Positions 47,095 to 59,945 are shown, counted from the first letter of the stretch. The stretch: DNA of 64,000 bases from Dermatophilaceae bacterium (GCA_035633615.1 DASQEP010000075.1:1-64000), one strand, 5' to 3'. The notes: generated by a model from the sequence alone, not told the origin. Numbers and translations: made by a program.

Positions 47095-48200
47095 CCGGCG
47101 ACCCCCTGCGCGGCGGCCTGGCAGATCAGGTCGCTGACCCGCTCGTCGGCGTCCCGATGACCGGAGCGTTCGGCGGCCCGGCCCATCGCCGCCAGCCTCG
47201 GGGTGTCCAGGGCCATCGGCAGCAGCTCGCGCAGCACCCAGTCACCGGTCAGGTCGGCGTCGTCCACGAGCACGCCGGCCCCCGCGGCCACGGCACCCGC
47301 GGCGTTAAGGCGCTGTTCGCCGTTTCCGATCGGCAGCGGGACGTAGACGGCTGGCAGGCCCACCGCGGTCAGCTCGCACACGGTGTTGGCGCCGGCCCGG
47401 CACAGCACGAGGTCAGCGGCCGCGTACGCCAGCTCCATCCGATCGGCGTAGGCGCGCACGACGTAGCGGGCCGACCCGCAGTCCGCCGGCGGCTCGAACT
47501 TCTTGCCGATCCCGGTCAGGTGGAGTACTTGCACCCCCGCCCGCAGCAGCGTCTCGGCACAGCCCCCGACTGCCTCGTTAAGCCGCTGCGCCCCCAGCGA
47601 ACCACCGGTGACCAGGAGGGTCGACAGGTCGGGATGCAGCCCGAATCCGACGCGAGCGCCCTGCCTGGCCCGAGTGCGGTCCAGGGTGGTGATCTCCCGG
47701 CGCAGCGGCATCCCCAGCACGGTGGCGTGCGGCAGCTTGGTCACCTCGAACGTCGTGGCCACGTGTTGGGTGAGCCGGGCGCCTAGTCGATTGGCCAGAC
47801 CCGCGCGGGCGTTGGCCTCGTGGACGACGATGGGCACCCCCCGGCGCCGAGCGGCCAGGTATGCCGGACCGGACACGTAGCCACCGAATCCGACCAGCAC
47901 CCGGGCCTCGGTCCGCTCGAGCACGTGGTCGGCGGCCCGGATCGCGGCGACCAGCGAGCGAGGCAGGCCCAGGGCAGCCCGGTTCGGCCGGCGCGGGAAG
48001 ACCGCCTTGGGGATGTCCCACAATTCGTAGCCGCGCTCCGGGACCAGCTTGTGCTCCAGTCCGGTGGCGGTGCCCACAGCGGTGATCGCGGTGCCGGGGT
48101 GGCGTCGGCGCAGGCAGTCGGCCACCGCCAGCAGAGGGTTGACGTGGCCTGCGGACCCGCCCCCGGCCAGGACCACCGACCCCGGCGGCAGCTCGGTCAC
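47091..48200 (-). CDS. murG: UDP-GlcNAc:undecaprenyl-PP-MurNAc-pentapeptide GlcNAc transferase
   Basis: …LAGGGSAGHVNPLLAVA… GTG start overlaps the ftsW stop (GTGA). The 550-aa track ORF is over-extended into ftsW. Confidence 0.92.
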   Translation of the reverse strand: MTELPPGSVVLAGGGSAGHVNPLLAVADCLRRRHPGTAITAVGTATGLEHKLVPERGYELWDIPKAVFPRRPNRAALGLPRSLVAAIRAADHVLERTEARVLVGFGGYVSGPAYLAARRRGVPIVVHEANARAGLANRLGARLTQHVATTFEVTKLPHATVLGMPLRREITTLDRTRARQGARVGFGLHPDLSTLLVTGGSLGAQRLNEAVGGCAETLLRAGVQVLHLTGIGKKFEPPADCGSARYVVRAYADRMELAYAAADLVLCRAGANTVCELTAVGLPAVYVPLPIGNGEQRLNAAGAVAAGAGVLVDDADLTGDWVLRELLPMALDTPRLAAMGRAAERSGHRDADERVSDLICQAAAQGVAG

Positions 48201-49501
48201 GGCAGGCTGCCGCGGACCGGCTGGTGACGCCGCGACGGCAGGACGGATAGCGAGCGTTTCAGGACGCGCGGGCGCGCCGCCAGGGCCCGGCGGCACGCCG
48301 GCTCGCTGCGGGCGAAGGAGACCACCATGCCGAGTGCGGTCAGGGTGGTCAGCAGAGCAGACCCGCCGCTGGATACCAACGGCAGCGGTACGCCGATGAC
48401 CGGCAGCAGCCCGATGACCGCACCGATGTTGATGATCGCCTGCACCAACAGCCAGACCATCACCCCACTGGTCGCCACCCGCACGAACATGTCCTCGCTG
48501 TTCAACACCACCCGGTAGCAGGCCAGCGCGAGCAGACCGAACAGGACCAGGATCATCAAGGTGCCGCCCAGGCCGAGTTCCTCGCCGAGGATCGCGAAGA
48601 TGAAGTCGTTGTGCGCCTCCGGCAGCCACAACCACTTCTGTCGGCTGCCGCCGAGGCCGAGGCCACCCATCCCGCCGTCCATCAGCGCGGCCTGCCCGTG
48701 CGAGGTCTGCCAGCACGACAGCACGCTCTCGCAGCTCAACCACGCTGAGATGCGTTCGACCCGGTTACCGCTGGTCACGACCATTCCCCCGACCAGCAGC
48801 ACGCAGCCGGCCCCAGCGGCCAAGAACAGCCGCGCGGACACCCCCGCGGCCCACAGCAGCCCGACGAGGATGGCCAGCAACACCAGCGCAGTACCCAGGT
48901 CCCGGCCAACCAGCACGAGCAAGGTCAACCCCACTCCGGCGGGGAAGGCCAGCGGCACCAGTGCGTGCCGCCACCGGACGAGCAGCCGGCGCTTCGCGGA
49001 CAGGATGGTGGCCCCGAAGATCACCAGGGCCAACTTGCCCAGCTCGGAGGGCTGCATCTGGATGGGGCCAAGGAACAGCCAGTTCCGATTGCCGTTGACG
49101 GTGCGGCCCAGCCCGGTGAACACCAGCGCCTGCAGCACAACGGCGGTCAACAGCAGCGGCACGGCTGCCCGCTTCCAGAATGCCAGCGGAAGACGGCTGG
49201 CCAGGTAGGCGCCAAGCACCCCGGCGGCGGCGAACTGCGCCTGCTTCCAGAACACCGTGTAGGCGGAGTTGCTCTGGCTGATCGCGCTGATGCTGGAGGC
49301 GGACAGCACCATCAACAGGCCGACGACCAGGAGCAACCCGGTCGCGCCGACGAGCAGGTAGTACGTGCTCAGTGGAGACTCTAGGCGGGCCCACAGCCGA
49401 TGCGGGGCGGGAGGCCCGCCAGGCCCGTACGCCGTTGGGGCCGATGGAACGGATGGGGCGGTTGGCGCCGATGGCCTGGGCGGGGGGCGTCGTGTCGTCA
49501 C
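48197..49501 (-). CDS. ftsW: Peptidoglycan glycosyltransferase FtsW (SEDS family)
   Basis: About 10 TM helices and SEDS motifs. ATG overlaps the murD stop (ATGA). Confidence 0.9.
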   Translation of the reverse strand: MTTRRPPPRPSAPTAPSVPSAPTAYGPGGPPAPHRLWARLESPLSTYYLLVGATGLLLVVGLLMVLSASSISAISQSNSAYTVFWKQAQFAAAGVLGAYLASRLPLAFWKRAAVPLLLTAVVLQALVFTGLGRTVNGNRNWLFLGPIQMQPSELGKLALVIFGATILSAKRRLLVRWRHALVPLAFPAGVGLTLLVLVGRDLGTALVLLAILVGLLWAAGVSARLFLAAGAGCVLLVGGMVVTSGNRVERISAWLSCESVLSCWQTSHGQAALMDGGMGGLGLGGSRQKWLWLPEAHNDFIFAILGEELGLGGTLMILVLFGLLALACYRVVLNSEDMFVRVATSGVMVWLLVQAIINIGAVIGLLPVIGVPLPLVSSGGSALLTTLTALGMVVSFARSEPACRRALAARPRVLKRSLSVLPSRRHQPVRGSLP

Positions 49502-51006
49502 GGTCGAGTCGGTCCTCCGCGGTCGTCCCGGTAGCGGCGGACCGCCTCGGCAAAGGCATCACCCCGGGCGCCGTAATCGGTGAACATGTCCATCGACGCC
49601 GCCGCCGGCGCGAGGAGGACGACGTCCCCGGGCCGGGCCCGGGCCGCTGCCGCTCGCACGACGCGATCCATTACCTCAGTGTCGGTCTCGGCGATGTCCT
49701 CCACGTGGACATCGGGGGCGTGTCGGCGCAGCGCGTCGGCGATCCGGATGCGATCCCGGCCGATGAGCACGACCGCCCGCAACCGCGCGGCATGGCCGGC
49801 CACCAGGTCGTCTACCTCGGCATCTTTGAGCAGGCCGCCGGCGATCCAGACGACCCGGTCGAAACCGGCCAGGGCGGCGGCCGCCGCGTGCGGGTTGGTG
49901 GCCTTGGAGTCGTCGATGTACCGGACCCCGGCGACCGTGGCGACCTCGGCGATCCGGTGCGGGTCGGGGACAAACCGCCGCAGCCCGTCCCGGACGGCAT
50001 TGGCGGGAACACCGTAGGCGCGGGCGAGCGCGGCGGCGGCCAACGCGTTACTCAGCTGGTGCTTTGGCGGCGCGCCGTCCCGGCCAAGGTCAGACAGGGT
50101 GCCCAGCTCGGCGGCGGTGGTCTGGCGCTGGGCCACGAAGGCCCGGTCGGCCAGGACGTCGTCGACGACCCCGAGCATCGAGACCGCGGGGACGCCCAGG
50201 GTGACGCCGATGGCCCGGCACCCCTCCACCACGTCCGCCTGCTTGACCATCCGTTCGATCTGCGGGTCGTCGACCGGGTAGACGCACGCCACCTCGGTGT
50301 TGCGGTAGACCCGGGCCTTGGCCTCCCGGTAGGCCTCGAGCGAGCCGTGCCAGTCGAGGTGATCGGGGGCGATGTTGAGACACACCGAGGCCAGCGGGCT
50401 GATCGACCGCTGCCAGTACAGCTGGAAGCTGGACAGCTCGACGGCGATCACGTCGTACGGCTTCGGGTCCAGCACCGCCTCCAGGATGGGAGTGCCCACG
50501 TTGCCGGCGCTGGTGGCCCGCAGCCCAGCCGCCTGCAGAATGCCGGTCAGCATCCGCACCGTCGTCGTCTTCCCGTTGGTGCCGGTGACGGTCAACCAAG
50601 AGGCGGCCCCGACCGCGGGTCGCATCCGCCAGGCCAGCTCCACCTCACCCCAGACCGGCAGCCCGGCGGCCCCGGCGGCAGCCAGCAGCGGCTGGTCGGG
50701 GCGCCAACCCGGGGAGGTGACGACCACGTCGATCCCGGCGAGCGACTCCGTTGCAGCGAGGTGCCCAGGCCCGAGCCGCACGTCGATGCCGAGAACGGCG
50801 AGCACGGCGGCGCGCTCGCGCAACCGGGGCGTCGTGGCGCCGTCCACGGCGATCACTCGGGCGCCGCGTTCGGCCAGGGCGTCGGCCGCGGCGAACCCGC
50901 TGACCCCCAGCCCGGCGACCAACACGCGCAGCCCCGCCCAGTCGGCACCGCGGTGGGTCAGGCCGGGGCGCGGATCAGCCGGCGGCGGCCGGTCCGAGAG
51001 GCTCAC
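49498..51006 (-). CDS. murD: UDP-N-acetylmuramoylalanine--D-glutamate ligase
   Basis: Mur ligase (…[11 protein letters not shown]…). GTG start overlaps the mraY stop. Confidence 0.92.
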   Translation of the reverse strand: MSLSDRPPPADPRPGLTHRGADWAGLRVLVAGLGVSGFAAADALAERGARVIAVDGATTPRLRERAAVLAVLGIDVRLGPGHLAATESLAGIDVVVTSPGWRPDQPLLAAAGAAGLPVWGEVELAWRMRPAVGAASWLTVTGTNGKTTTVRMLTGILQAAGLRATSAGNVGTPILEAVLDPKPYDVIAVELSSFQLYWQRSISPLASVCLNIAPDHLDWHGSLEAYREAKARVYRNTEVACVYPVDDPQIERMVKQADVVEGCRAIGVTLGVPAVSMLGVVDDVLADRAFVAQRQTTAAELGTLSDLGRDGAPPKHQLSNALAAAALARAYGVPANAVRDGLRRFVPDPHRIAEVATVAGVRYIDDSKATNPHAAAAALAGFDRVVWIAGGLLKDAEVDDLVAGHAARLRAVVLIGRDRIRIADALRRHAPDVHVEDIAETDTEVMDRVVRAAAARARPGDVVLLAPAAASMDMFTDYGARGDAFAEAVRRYRDDRGGPTRP

Positions 51007-52118
51007 ACGAGTCCCCCGGTGACCCACTCGGCATAGAAGACCCCCAGGGCTAGGCCCACGAACAGCAGCTGGACGATCCAGAACCGAATGACGATGGTCA
51101 CCTCGTTCCAGCCGACCAGTTCGAAGTGGTGCTGTAACGGGGCCATCCGGAAGACCCGCTTGCCGGTCATCTTGAACGAGCCGACCTGGATGATGACCGA
51201 CAGGGTGATGACGACGAACAGCCCGCCGAGGACGACGAGCAGCAGCTGTGTCCGGGTGGTGATGGCCAGCCCGGCCAGTGCACCGCCGAGGGCCAGCGAG
51301 CCGGTGTCACCCATGAAGATCTTGGCCGGGGAGGCGTTCCACCACAGGAATCCCAGGCAGGCGCCCATCAGGGCGGCCGCGACGATGGCGATGTCGAGGG
51401 CGTGCGGGGTCTCGTAGCACTTGCTGGTGACCGCGGCGACGACACGGCCGGAGGCGGTGGGAGCGGGGTGGCAGTTCTGGTTGTTCTGCCAGATCCCGAT
51501 GAGGACGTAGGCGCCGGAGACCATCATTGTCGCGCCGGTTGCCAGGCCGTCCAGGCCGTCGGTGAGGTTCACCCCGTTGCTCATCCCGGCCACCATGATG
51601 TTGGCCCACAGGACGAAGGCGACGATGCCGATCGCCGGGCCGGCGAAGGCCAGGTTCCAGCCGAAGTCGCGGACGAACGACAGGTAGGTGGACGCGGGCG
51701 TCACCCCGTTGTCGTTGGCGAACCGCAGCGCCGCGATGGCGAAGAGGGTGCCGACGAGCAGCTGGCCGCCGAGCTTCTGCGACGAGCGCAGCCCGAGGCT
51801 GCGTTGCATGGAGATCTTGATGTAATCGTCCAGCCAGCCGACCAGGCCCAGCCCGCACATCAGGCCCAGGATCAGCAACCCGCTGGGTGAAACCGGAGTC
51901 CAGCGCAGAGCGTGGGTGCCGAGGTAGCCGATGAGGGTGGCGGCGATGATGACCGCGCCGCCCATCGTCGGGGTGCCGCGCTTGGTGTGGTGAGTGGTCG
52001 GACCGTCGTCGCGGATGAACTGGCCATATCCGCGCCGGACCAGGAAGCGGACGTAGAGCGGAGTCCCGAGCAGCGCGACGATCAGCGCCAACGCCGCCGC
52101 TGCGAGGACCGAGATCAT
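51003..52118 (-). CDS. mraY: Phospho-N-acetylmuramoyl-pentapeptide transferase
   Basis: Polytopic membrane protein with MraY motifs (…KRGTPTMGG…; …DGLDGLA…). The ATG at MISVLAAA.. overlaps the murF stop (ATGA). Confidence 0.92.
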   Translation of the reverse strand: MISVLAAAALALIVALLGTPLYVRFLVRRGYGQFIRDDGPTTHHTKRGTPTMGGAVIIAATLIGYLGTHALRWTPVSPSGLLILGLMCGLGLVGWLDDYIKISMQRSLGLRSSQKLGGQLLVGTLFAIAALRFANDNGVTPASTYLSFVRDFGWNLAFAGPAIGIVAFVLWANIMVAGMSNGVNLTDGLDGLATGATMMVSGAYVLIGIWQNNQNCHPAPTASGRVVAAVTSKCYETPHALDIAIVAAALMGACLGFLWWNASPAKIFMGDTGSLALGGALAGLAITTRTQLLLVVLGGLFVVITLSVIIQVGSFKMTGKRVFRMAPLQHHFELVGWNEVTIVIRFWIVQLLFVGLALGVFYAEWVTGGLV

Positions 52119-53610
52119 GCCGGGAGCCCCTCTCGCGCCAATCGGTCCCCGAGTGCCCACAGACCGATGCCATTGCTCGCCTTGACGAGGATGACATCTC
52201 CCGGGCGGTATTCCCGAGCAAGCAGTTCCCAGGCGCCGTCACTGTCGGGCACCCAGGAGCTGACCGGCGCGGCGGCCCGGGCCAGCGCTCGGGTACCGGG
52301 CCCGACCGCGACCACCCGGTCGACGCCCAGTCGCACCGCCAGTCGGCCGAGTTGTTCGTGGGCCGCCTCGGACTCGGCTCCCAGCTCGAGCATCTCCCCC
52401 AGTACGGCCCAGGTCCGCCGGGCCGTACTGGGGCCGGCCGTCTGATCCGAGCGGCCCAGCTGGGCGAGGGTACGCAGAGCCGAGCCGACGGATTCGGGGT
52501 TGGCGTTGTAGGCGTCGTTGAGCACGGTCAGGCCGTCCGGGCGCTCGTGCAGCTCCATCCGGTACCGACTGGGCACGCCGGCCTCGGACAGCGCCGCGGC
52601 GATCCCCGGCAGCGGCATCCCGGCGACGAGGGCGACTGCGGCGACGGCGAGCGCGTTGTGGACCTGGTGTTCACCCAATACGGTCAGCGCCACCTTGGCC
52701 TCTGCGGGCGTGCCGGCCTCTCCCCGGGCGTCCCCCACCGCGTCGGCCACCGCGTCGGACACAACGTCCCCCACCGCGTCGCCCGGGTGCCGGCCGGCCG
52801 ATCGACGGCGCACCTGGAGGGTGAACCGGGGCCGTCCCCGGTCCAGGTGCACCCCGGTGGCCCACACATCCGCATCCCGACCCAGGCCGGTGCGCACGAC
52901 CCGGGCCCGGGTCCGGGCGGCCATCGCGGCGACTAGCGGGTCGTCGACGTTGAGGACCGCCACCCCGTCCGGTCCCAGTGCCTCGACCAGCTCCCCCTTG
53001 GCCCGGGCGGTCACCTCCCGCCCGCCGAACTCACCGGCGTGGGCGGTCCCGACGTTGAGGACGACGGCGATGTCGGGACGGACCATGTCGGTGAGGTAGC
53101 GCAGGTGACCGATCCCGCGAGCGCCCATCTCCAGGATCAGGAACCTGGTGTCCTGGCCGACCCGGCAGGCGGTCAGTGGCACCCCGACCTCGGTGTTGTA
53201 CGAGCCCACGTTCGCGACCGTGGGCGCGTGCCGAGACAGCACGGCGGCCAGGAGATCCTTGGTCGTCGTCTTCCCGGATGACCCGGTGATCGCCACGACG
53301 GTCAGGCCAGGAACGCGGGCCACCACGCAGGTGGCAAGTGCGGCGAAGGCGGCCTGCACGTCCGGGACCACGACGCAGGCCAGCTCGTGGACCTCCCGGC
53401 TGGTCAGGGCTGCGACGGCGCCGGCGTCCCGGGCGCTGCCGACGAACCGGTGGCCGTCGGTGTGCTCCCCGATCCGGGCGATGTAGAGGCTGCCCGGGCC
53501 GGCCTCCCGCGAATCGGTGACGACCGGTCCGTCGACGAGGACGTCGCCGGCCTCGGGCGGGTGCAGCCGCCCGCCGACCAGCCCGGCCAGCTCGGCAAGG
53601 CGCAGCGGGA

Positions 53611-53614
<4 letters not shown>
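52115..53614 (-). CDS. murF: UDP-MurNAc-tripeptide--D-alanyl-D-alanine ligase
   Basis: Mur ligase (…[12 protein letters not shown]…). ATG overlaps the murE stop (ATGA). Contains a short Asp/Ala/Val-rich insertion ([24 protein letters not shown]). Confidence 0.92.
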
Positions 53615-55185
<1,571 letters not shown>

Positions 55186-55194
55186 AAGGCGACG

Positions 55195-57252
55195 CTACCG
55201 GGTGTCGGCCGGCGGGTCCCCCACCGAGCGGTCCGAATGGGTCGGCTGGGCGCGGGTCGCTCGAGTCTGGGTGTGCGTCGGCCGGATCGCCGTCTCGGTC
55301 CTGGTCTTGCTGGCCGTGCCCCTGCCCGTGCGGCTGCCCGTGCCGGTGGGGGTGCCGGTGGCGGGGCGCCGCGTAGAGGCATCCTCTCCTTCGCGCAGTG
55401 GGTAGGGGTTGGCCGGCTCGGCCGACGGACGGACACCCGCCGTGTCCAGCGCGAAGCTCATCACTCGCTTGAAGACGGGCGCGGCCGCCACCCCGCCGTA
55501 GTAGCCATGCTTCGGCTGCTGCAGCATGACCGACACGATGAACTGCGGGTCCTCAGCCGGTGCCATCCCGATGAACGACGCGGTATACCCCGACTGCCGA
55601 CCGTTGCTGTAGACGTATGCCGTTCCTGTCTTGCCCGCCACCCGGTAGCCGGGGATCTCCGCCTTGATTGCGGTGCCGCGTTCGCTGACCACCGATTCCA
55701 TGATCCGCTTCAGCTGCTTGGCGACATCGGCGGAGACGACCTGGGCAGATTGTGGCTCGGCTCGTCGGGTGAAGGTGCCGTTCGGTTCCATCCAGCCTTC
55801 GACCAAGGTCGGCGGGATGCGGACCCCGTCATTGGCGATCGCCTGGAACACCCCCGCGGCCTGGATGGGCGACATCGCCATGCCCTGGCCGAAGATCACC
55901 GTGTACCGCTGCGAGGTGCTCCAGTCCTTCGCCGGCGCGAACAGGCCACGGGTCTGGCCGGTCCAGTCGATGCCGGACAGCTCCCCGGTTCCGAAGGCCC
56001 GGTAGTACTGCTCCAACCGGCTCGCGCTGACCTTCTCCGCGACCTGAATGGTGCCGGTGTTACTGGACTCGGCAAGGATGCCAGCCACGGTCATCCGCTG
56101 GGGCTTATGCGAATGGGAGTCCTTGAAGGTCTTGTCGGAGCCGGCAGGGCGGATGGTGTCGGCGACGGAGAAGACTTGCGTGGGGGTCACCTTCTGCTCG
56201 GCCAGCGCGGCACCGATCGACATCACCTTGGCGGTCGAGCCCGGTTCGACGGCGTCCTGGAGAGCGACGTTTCGGGTCAGATCCTTGCCGGAGCGCGTCG
56301 CAGCCGGGTCGAACGTCGGGTACTGGGCCATCGCCAGCACCCGTCCGCGACGGTCCATCACCACCACGGAGCCCCAGGTCGCCTCGAACTCACGCACCTG
56401 CGCCGCCAGGGTGTTGTAGGCATACCACTGCAGGTCACGGACGATGGACAGCCTGACGTCCCGGCCCGGGACGGCGGGAGCCACGTCGCTGTCACCCATC
56501 GGGATGACCCGGTTGTCCAGCGAGTACTCCCGCGTCATCTGCCCCGGGGTGCCCTGGAGGATGGCGTCGTACTGCAACTCCAAGCCCCCACCGTCGCTGC
56601 CGGTGGCATTCCCGGTGGCCCCGACCCACCCCAGCACCGCGGCCGTCGCGGCTTGGGCGGGGTAAGCGCGCATCGACACCTCGTCCTCAAACACCCCCGG
56701 GATGTCGAGGGCGCGGATCTTGCGCCAGGTGGCGGGGTCGATCTTCTTGGCGATGGGCACATACCACCGGCCCTTGCTGGTGTCACCGCCGGGTGGGTTC
56801 AACAACGGCTCGAGGGTGCCGGCGGTGGTGTTGAGCAGGGGGGCGAGGTCGGCCGCGGCACCGGCGGCACCGACCGTCTCCAACTTCCGGGTCTGCGGGT
56901 TCCGCTTCTTGTACTCGACAACGGCGCGCTGGCTGATCGCCAGGTCGTATCCCTTGGTGCTGGTCGCGAGCTCGACGCCGTCTCGGTCCAGGATTCGCCC
57001 CCGGGTTGCGGGCAGCGTCTTCTTGCGGGTCAGCATGTCCTGCGCCTGCCTGGTGGCCTGGGTGCGGTCGGCGAAGCCCCCCTGCAGGCGCAGCAGCTGG
57101 GCGGCAAACAGGCTGAACACGAACAGGGTCATCACCAGCAGCGCCCGGACCCGGCGGCGAACGCTGGCCAACGCCACCAGCTCGATCGCACCGCCCCTAG
57201 GGGGTCGCCCATGCCCTGCCCGGTCGGGGCGCACGGGTCGGCGAGCCGTCAT
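55195..57252 (-). CDS. ftsI: Division-specific class-B penicillin-binding protein (FtsI/PBP3-like) with Ser/Thr/Arg-rich C-terminal tail
   Basis: N-terminal TM segment, dimerisation domain and transpeptidase motifs (STAK…, SSN…, KTGT). Carries a ~80-aa low-complexity tail. Confidence 0.9.
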   Translation of the reverse strand: MTARRPVRPDRAGHGRPPRGGAIELVALASVRRRVRALLVMTLFVFSLFAAQLLRLQGGFADRTQATRQAQDMLTRKKTLPATRGRILDRDGVELATSTKGYDLAISQRAVVEYKKRNPQTRKLETVGAAGAAADLAPLLNTTAGTLEPLLNPPGGDTSKGRWYVPIAKKIDPATWRKIRALDIPGVFEDEVSMRAYPAQAATAAVLGWVGATGNATGSDGGGLELQYDAILQGTPGQMTREYSLDNRVIPMGDSDVAPAVPGRDVRLSIVRDLQWYAYNTLAAQVREFEATWGSVVVMDRRGRVLAMAQYPTFDPAATRSGKDLTRNVALQDAVEPGSTAKVMSIGAALAEQKVTPTQVFSVADTIRPAGSDKTFKDSHSHKPQRMTVAGILAESSNTGTIQVAEKVSASRLEQYYRAFGTGELSGIDWTGQTRGLFAPAKDWSTSQRYTVIFGQGMAMSPIQAAGVFQAIANDGVRIPPTLVEGWMEPNGTFTRRAEPQSAQVVSADVAKQLKRIMESVVSERGTAIKAEIPGYRVAGKTGTAYVYSNGRQSGYTASFIGMAPAEDPQFIVSVMLQQPKHGYYGGVAAAPVFKRVMSFALDTAGVRPSAEPANPYPLREGEDASTRRPATGTPTGTGSRTGRGTASKTRTETAIRPTHTQTRATRAQPTHSDRSVGDPPADTR

Positions 57253-57256
57253 GCGC

Positions 57257-57949
57257 TCATCTCCCGGTCGCGTCCGCAGCGGCGGGCGCGCGGGTGGTTG
57301 CCGCGGCCCTCGTTGCAGCGGCCTTCGGCGCGATTGCGGTCTGCCGGGCAGCCGCAGTCGGGCCGGCGGTCGCAGTCGGGGCGGCGGTCGCGCTGGGGCC
57401 GGCGGTGGCGGACGAGCGCGGCGCCGGGGCGCCGGGCGAGGTGGTCGGTACCGGTGTCGGGCTCGGTGTGGCCCCGGGCGAGGCGCTCGGCGTCGAAGCC
57501 GGCGGTGCGGTGCGCAGGTAGGACGGTTCGGTGACGATGCTGGGCTGGTCGCCGGCGCGGGCGCGGGTCGCCGTTCCGCTCACCGTTCCGGTGGTCAGGT
57601 CCAGCCAGCGGACCGAGTCGGGGCGGACCATGCCGAGCTCCTGCGCCCGGGCAGCCAGCCCCTGGGGACCCTGGCGGGTGGCCAGTACCGCAGCCAGCTG
57701 CTGCTGCCGCTCTTCGAGTTGGGCGGACCCGTCCTCCAGAGCGTGTGCCTCATAGGAGCCCTTGGCCAGCGCCGTATTGAGCAGCAGCACGCAGATCAGT
57801 CCGGCCGCCAGCACTCCGGCGCACAGCAGCACGAAGGGCAGGTGCGAGATGGCCCGCGGCTCGGGCCGCACAATTCGCAGGGCAGGTCGAGATCCGGTGG
57901 GGCCCCTGGGGGCCCGGGCCCCAGGGGGCGCGGCCGGCATCTGAGTCAT
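57257..57949 (-). CDS. ftsL: FtsL-like cell division protein (septum formation initiator) with Pro/Thr/Ala-rich tail
   Basis: Position between rsmH and ftsI; single TM helix followed by a coiled coil; ATGA overlap with rsmH. The ~100-aa C-terminus is low-complexity. Confidence 0.75.
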   Translation of the reverse strand: MTQMPAAPPGARAPRGPTGSRPALRIVRPEPRAISHLPFVLLCAGVLAAGLICVLLLNTALAKGSYEAHALEDGSAQLEERQQQLAAVLATRQGPQGLAARAQELGMVRPDSVRWLDLTTGTVSGTATRARAGDQPSIVTEPSYLRTAPPASTPSASPGATPSPTPVPTTSPGAPAPRSSATAGPSATAAPTATAGPTAAARQTAIAPKAAATRAAATTRAPAAADATGR

Positions 57950-59007
57950 CGGCTGCCTCCTGTCGTACTGCGGGTCTTCTCGGCCGCCCGGAGTCGCGCC
58001 GAGGTAGCTCGCGAGTTCACCTCGACCTCCTGTTCGTCGGCCACCTCCGCACCCCTGGTCAGCAACCTGAGGTGGGCAGCATGCTCCGGCAGTTCCACGG
58101 GCAATCCGGGCGGCGCAGCGCTCGTGCTGCCCGCCGCCAGGACCCGCTTGACCATCCTGTCCTCAAGGGAGTGGTAACTCAGGACAGCGACACGCCCCCC
58201 GGGGCGAAGAGCCCGGATCGCGGCCGGCAAACCGGCCTGTAGGGCCGCTAACTCCCGGTTGACCTCGATCCGCAGTGCCTGAAAGGTCCGTTTGGCCGGA
58301 TGCCCCCCGCTGCGTTGTGAGGCGGCGGGAATGGTCCGGTGCAGCAACGCGACCAGGCGCGCCGACCCGGTGAAGGGCTGTGCCTGACGCTCCCGCACGA
58401 TCGCCCGGGCAATGCTTCGCGCGTACCTCTCCTCCCCGTACTCGCGCAGCAGCTGCTCCAGCCGGTTCACCGGGTAGCCATTGAGAACCTCGGCGGCGGT
58501 GAGCGAATCCGCCGGGTCCATCCGCATGTCCAGGGGGGTGTCATACCGGTAGGCGAAGCCGCGTTCCGGCAGGTCCACTTGCGGCGAGGAGACGCCCAGG
58601 TCGAACAGGACCCCGGCCAGCTGGTCGGCCGGGGTGAGCCCTAACCGGGTCAGCACCTGCGGCAGTTCGTCGAAGACGGCGTGCACGGCCTGGAACCGGT
58701 CGCCGAAACCGGCCAGCCGGGTGGTGCTGACGGCGAGAGCCGCCGGATCACGATCCAGCCCGATGACCCGCACCGCTGGGTAGGCGGCCAGAACCGCGGC
58801 CGCGTGCCCTCCCATCCCGACGGTGGCATCGACGTGCACGGCCCCCGGCTGCACCAGCGCGGGCCCGAGCAGCCGCACGATCCGCTCGACCAGCACGGGA
58901 CGGTGGCCGTGGTCGGCGGGTGGCGCCTCGGGCTGGGTCAACTGGTCCTCTCCGGGTCGGCGGGGTGGCCTCGGGCCGGTCCTGGGTTCGGGTCTCCAGC
59001 CGCCCAC
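57946..59007 (-). CDS. rsmH: 16S rRNA (cytosine1402-N4)-methyltransferase
   Basis: …VHVDATVGMGGHAAAVL…GLDRDP…FDLGVSSPQ… SAM-MTase motifs. Confidence 0.92.
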   Translation of the reverse strand: MGGWRPEPRTGPRPPRRPGEDQLTQPEAPPADHGHRPVLVERIVRLLGPALVQPGAVHVDATVGMGGHAAAVLAAYPAVRVIGLDRDPAALAVSTTRLAGFGDRFQAVHAVFDELPQVLTRLGLTPADQLAGVLFDLGVSSPQVDLPERGFAYRYDTPLDMRMDPADSLTAAEVLNGYPVNRLEQLLREYGEERYARSIARAIVRERQAQPFTGSARLVALLHRTIPAASQRSGGHPAKRTFQALRIEVNRELAALQAGLPAAIRALRPGGRVAVLSYHSLEDRMVKRVLAAGSTSAAPPGLPVELPEHAAHLRLLTRGAEVADEQEVEVNSRATSARLRAAEKTRSTTGGSR

Positions 59008-59157
59008 GCCCCGACCCGGGGCCGGGGAAGACCCCCGGGGAGGGACGTGCCGCGCGCTCCGGGACCGGGGAAGTGCCTCGGAACGCGGTGCGGATGGAGA
59101 CCTGACGCCAGGCGTCGGATAGTTGTCGGGCTGAACGGGAGCCGCTGCAACGGCGGG

Positions 59158-59589
59158 TCACAGGGAGCCGGGGATCACCTCCTCGGCCTGCTCGGCGAAG
59201 GCCTGTTCGGCGTGGGACATGAAGGCGTTCCAGGCGGCGGTGTCCCACACCTCCACCCGGGAGCCGACGCCACTGACCGTGCATTCGCGGTCCAGCGAGG
59301 CGTATTCGCGCAGCACCGCAGGGATGGTTACCCGCCCCTGCTTGTCGGGCACCTCGTCGCAGGCCCCGGCCAGGAACACCCGAGTGAAGTCGCGCACCGC
59401 CTTGCTGGTCACCGGGGCGGTACGCATGGTTTCGGTGAAGCGCTCGAACTCGTCGGCCGGGAAGATGTAGAGGCACCGCTCCTGACCACGGGTGATGACC
59501 AGCCCACTGGACAGCCGGTCGCGGTACTTGGCGGGCAGGATCAGCCTGCCCTTGTCGTCCAGACGGGGGGTGTACGTCCCGAGGAACAC
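59158..59589 (-). CDS. mraZ: Division/cell-wall cluster transcriptional regulator MraZ
   Basis: Start reassigned to the GTG at [23 protein letters not shown].. (143 aa, canonical length) with a GGGAGGAGG Shine-Dalgarno. The upstream ATG at 59637 in the track ORF would place the start inside the operator repeats. Confidence 0.9.
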   Translation of the reverse strand: MFLGTYTPRLDDKGRLILPAKYRDRLSSGLVITRGQERCLYIFPADEFERFTETMRTAPVTSKAVRDFTRVFLAGACDEVPDKQGRVTIPAVLREYASLDRECTVSGVGSRVEVWDTAAWNAFMSHAEQAFAEQAEEVIPGSL

Positions 59590-59619
59590 GGTGGCCCCTC
59601 CTCCCAGACGATCCCCTTT

Positions 59620-59658
59620 CCCTCCACTGCCCACCACTTTACCCCACTATCCCCCACG
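59620..59658 (-). promoter_or_regulatory. MraZ-box array: four direct GTGG(A/T/G)G repeats at 10-bp phasing immediately upstream of mraZ
   Basis: Minus strand reads GTGGGGgata GTGGGGtaaa GTGGTGggca GTGGAGggaa. Matches the known MraZ binding-site architecture of direct GTGGG-type repeats at one helical turn. Confidence 0.6.
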
Positions 59659-59945
59659 GTCAAGGCGATTGGCGTCCAGGGCGGTCTTTCCGCCTCCGTG
59701 ACTCGTCCGGATGGCCGAACTGCGGGCCGCTGTCCACGCGAGGGGTCGTGACGTTCGGCGTGGCCGCGTCAGGGGCGCCTGACCGAGGACTGACTCGCGT
59801 CCAGCCCGGGCAGCCCGTCAGGCCCTCCACCTGGGCGGCCGGGCACGCACGCTCAGGAGGCACCCGGCTGACTGCCAGACAGCCGAGGTACCCTGCCCAC
59901 TGGCGGCCGGGGTACCGACCCGGCTGCGGGCGAGGAGGCCGCCGA

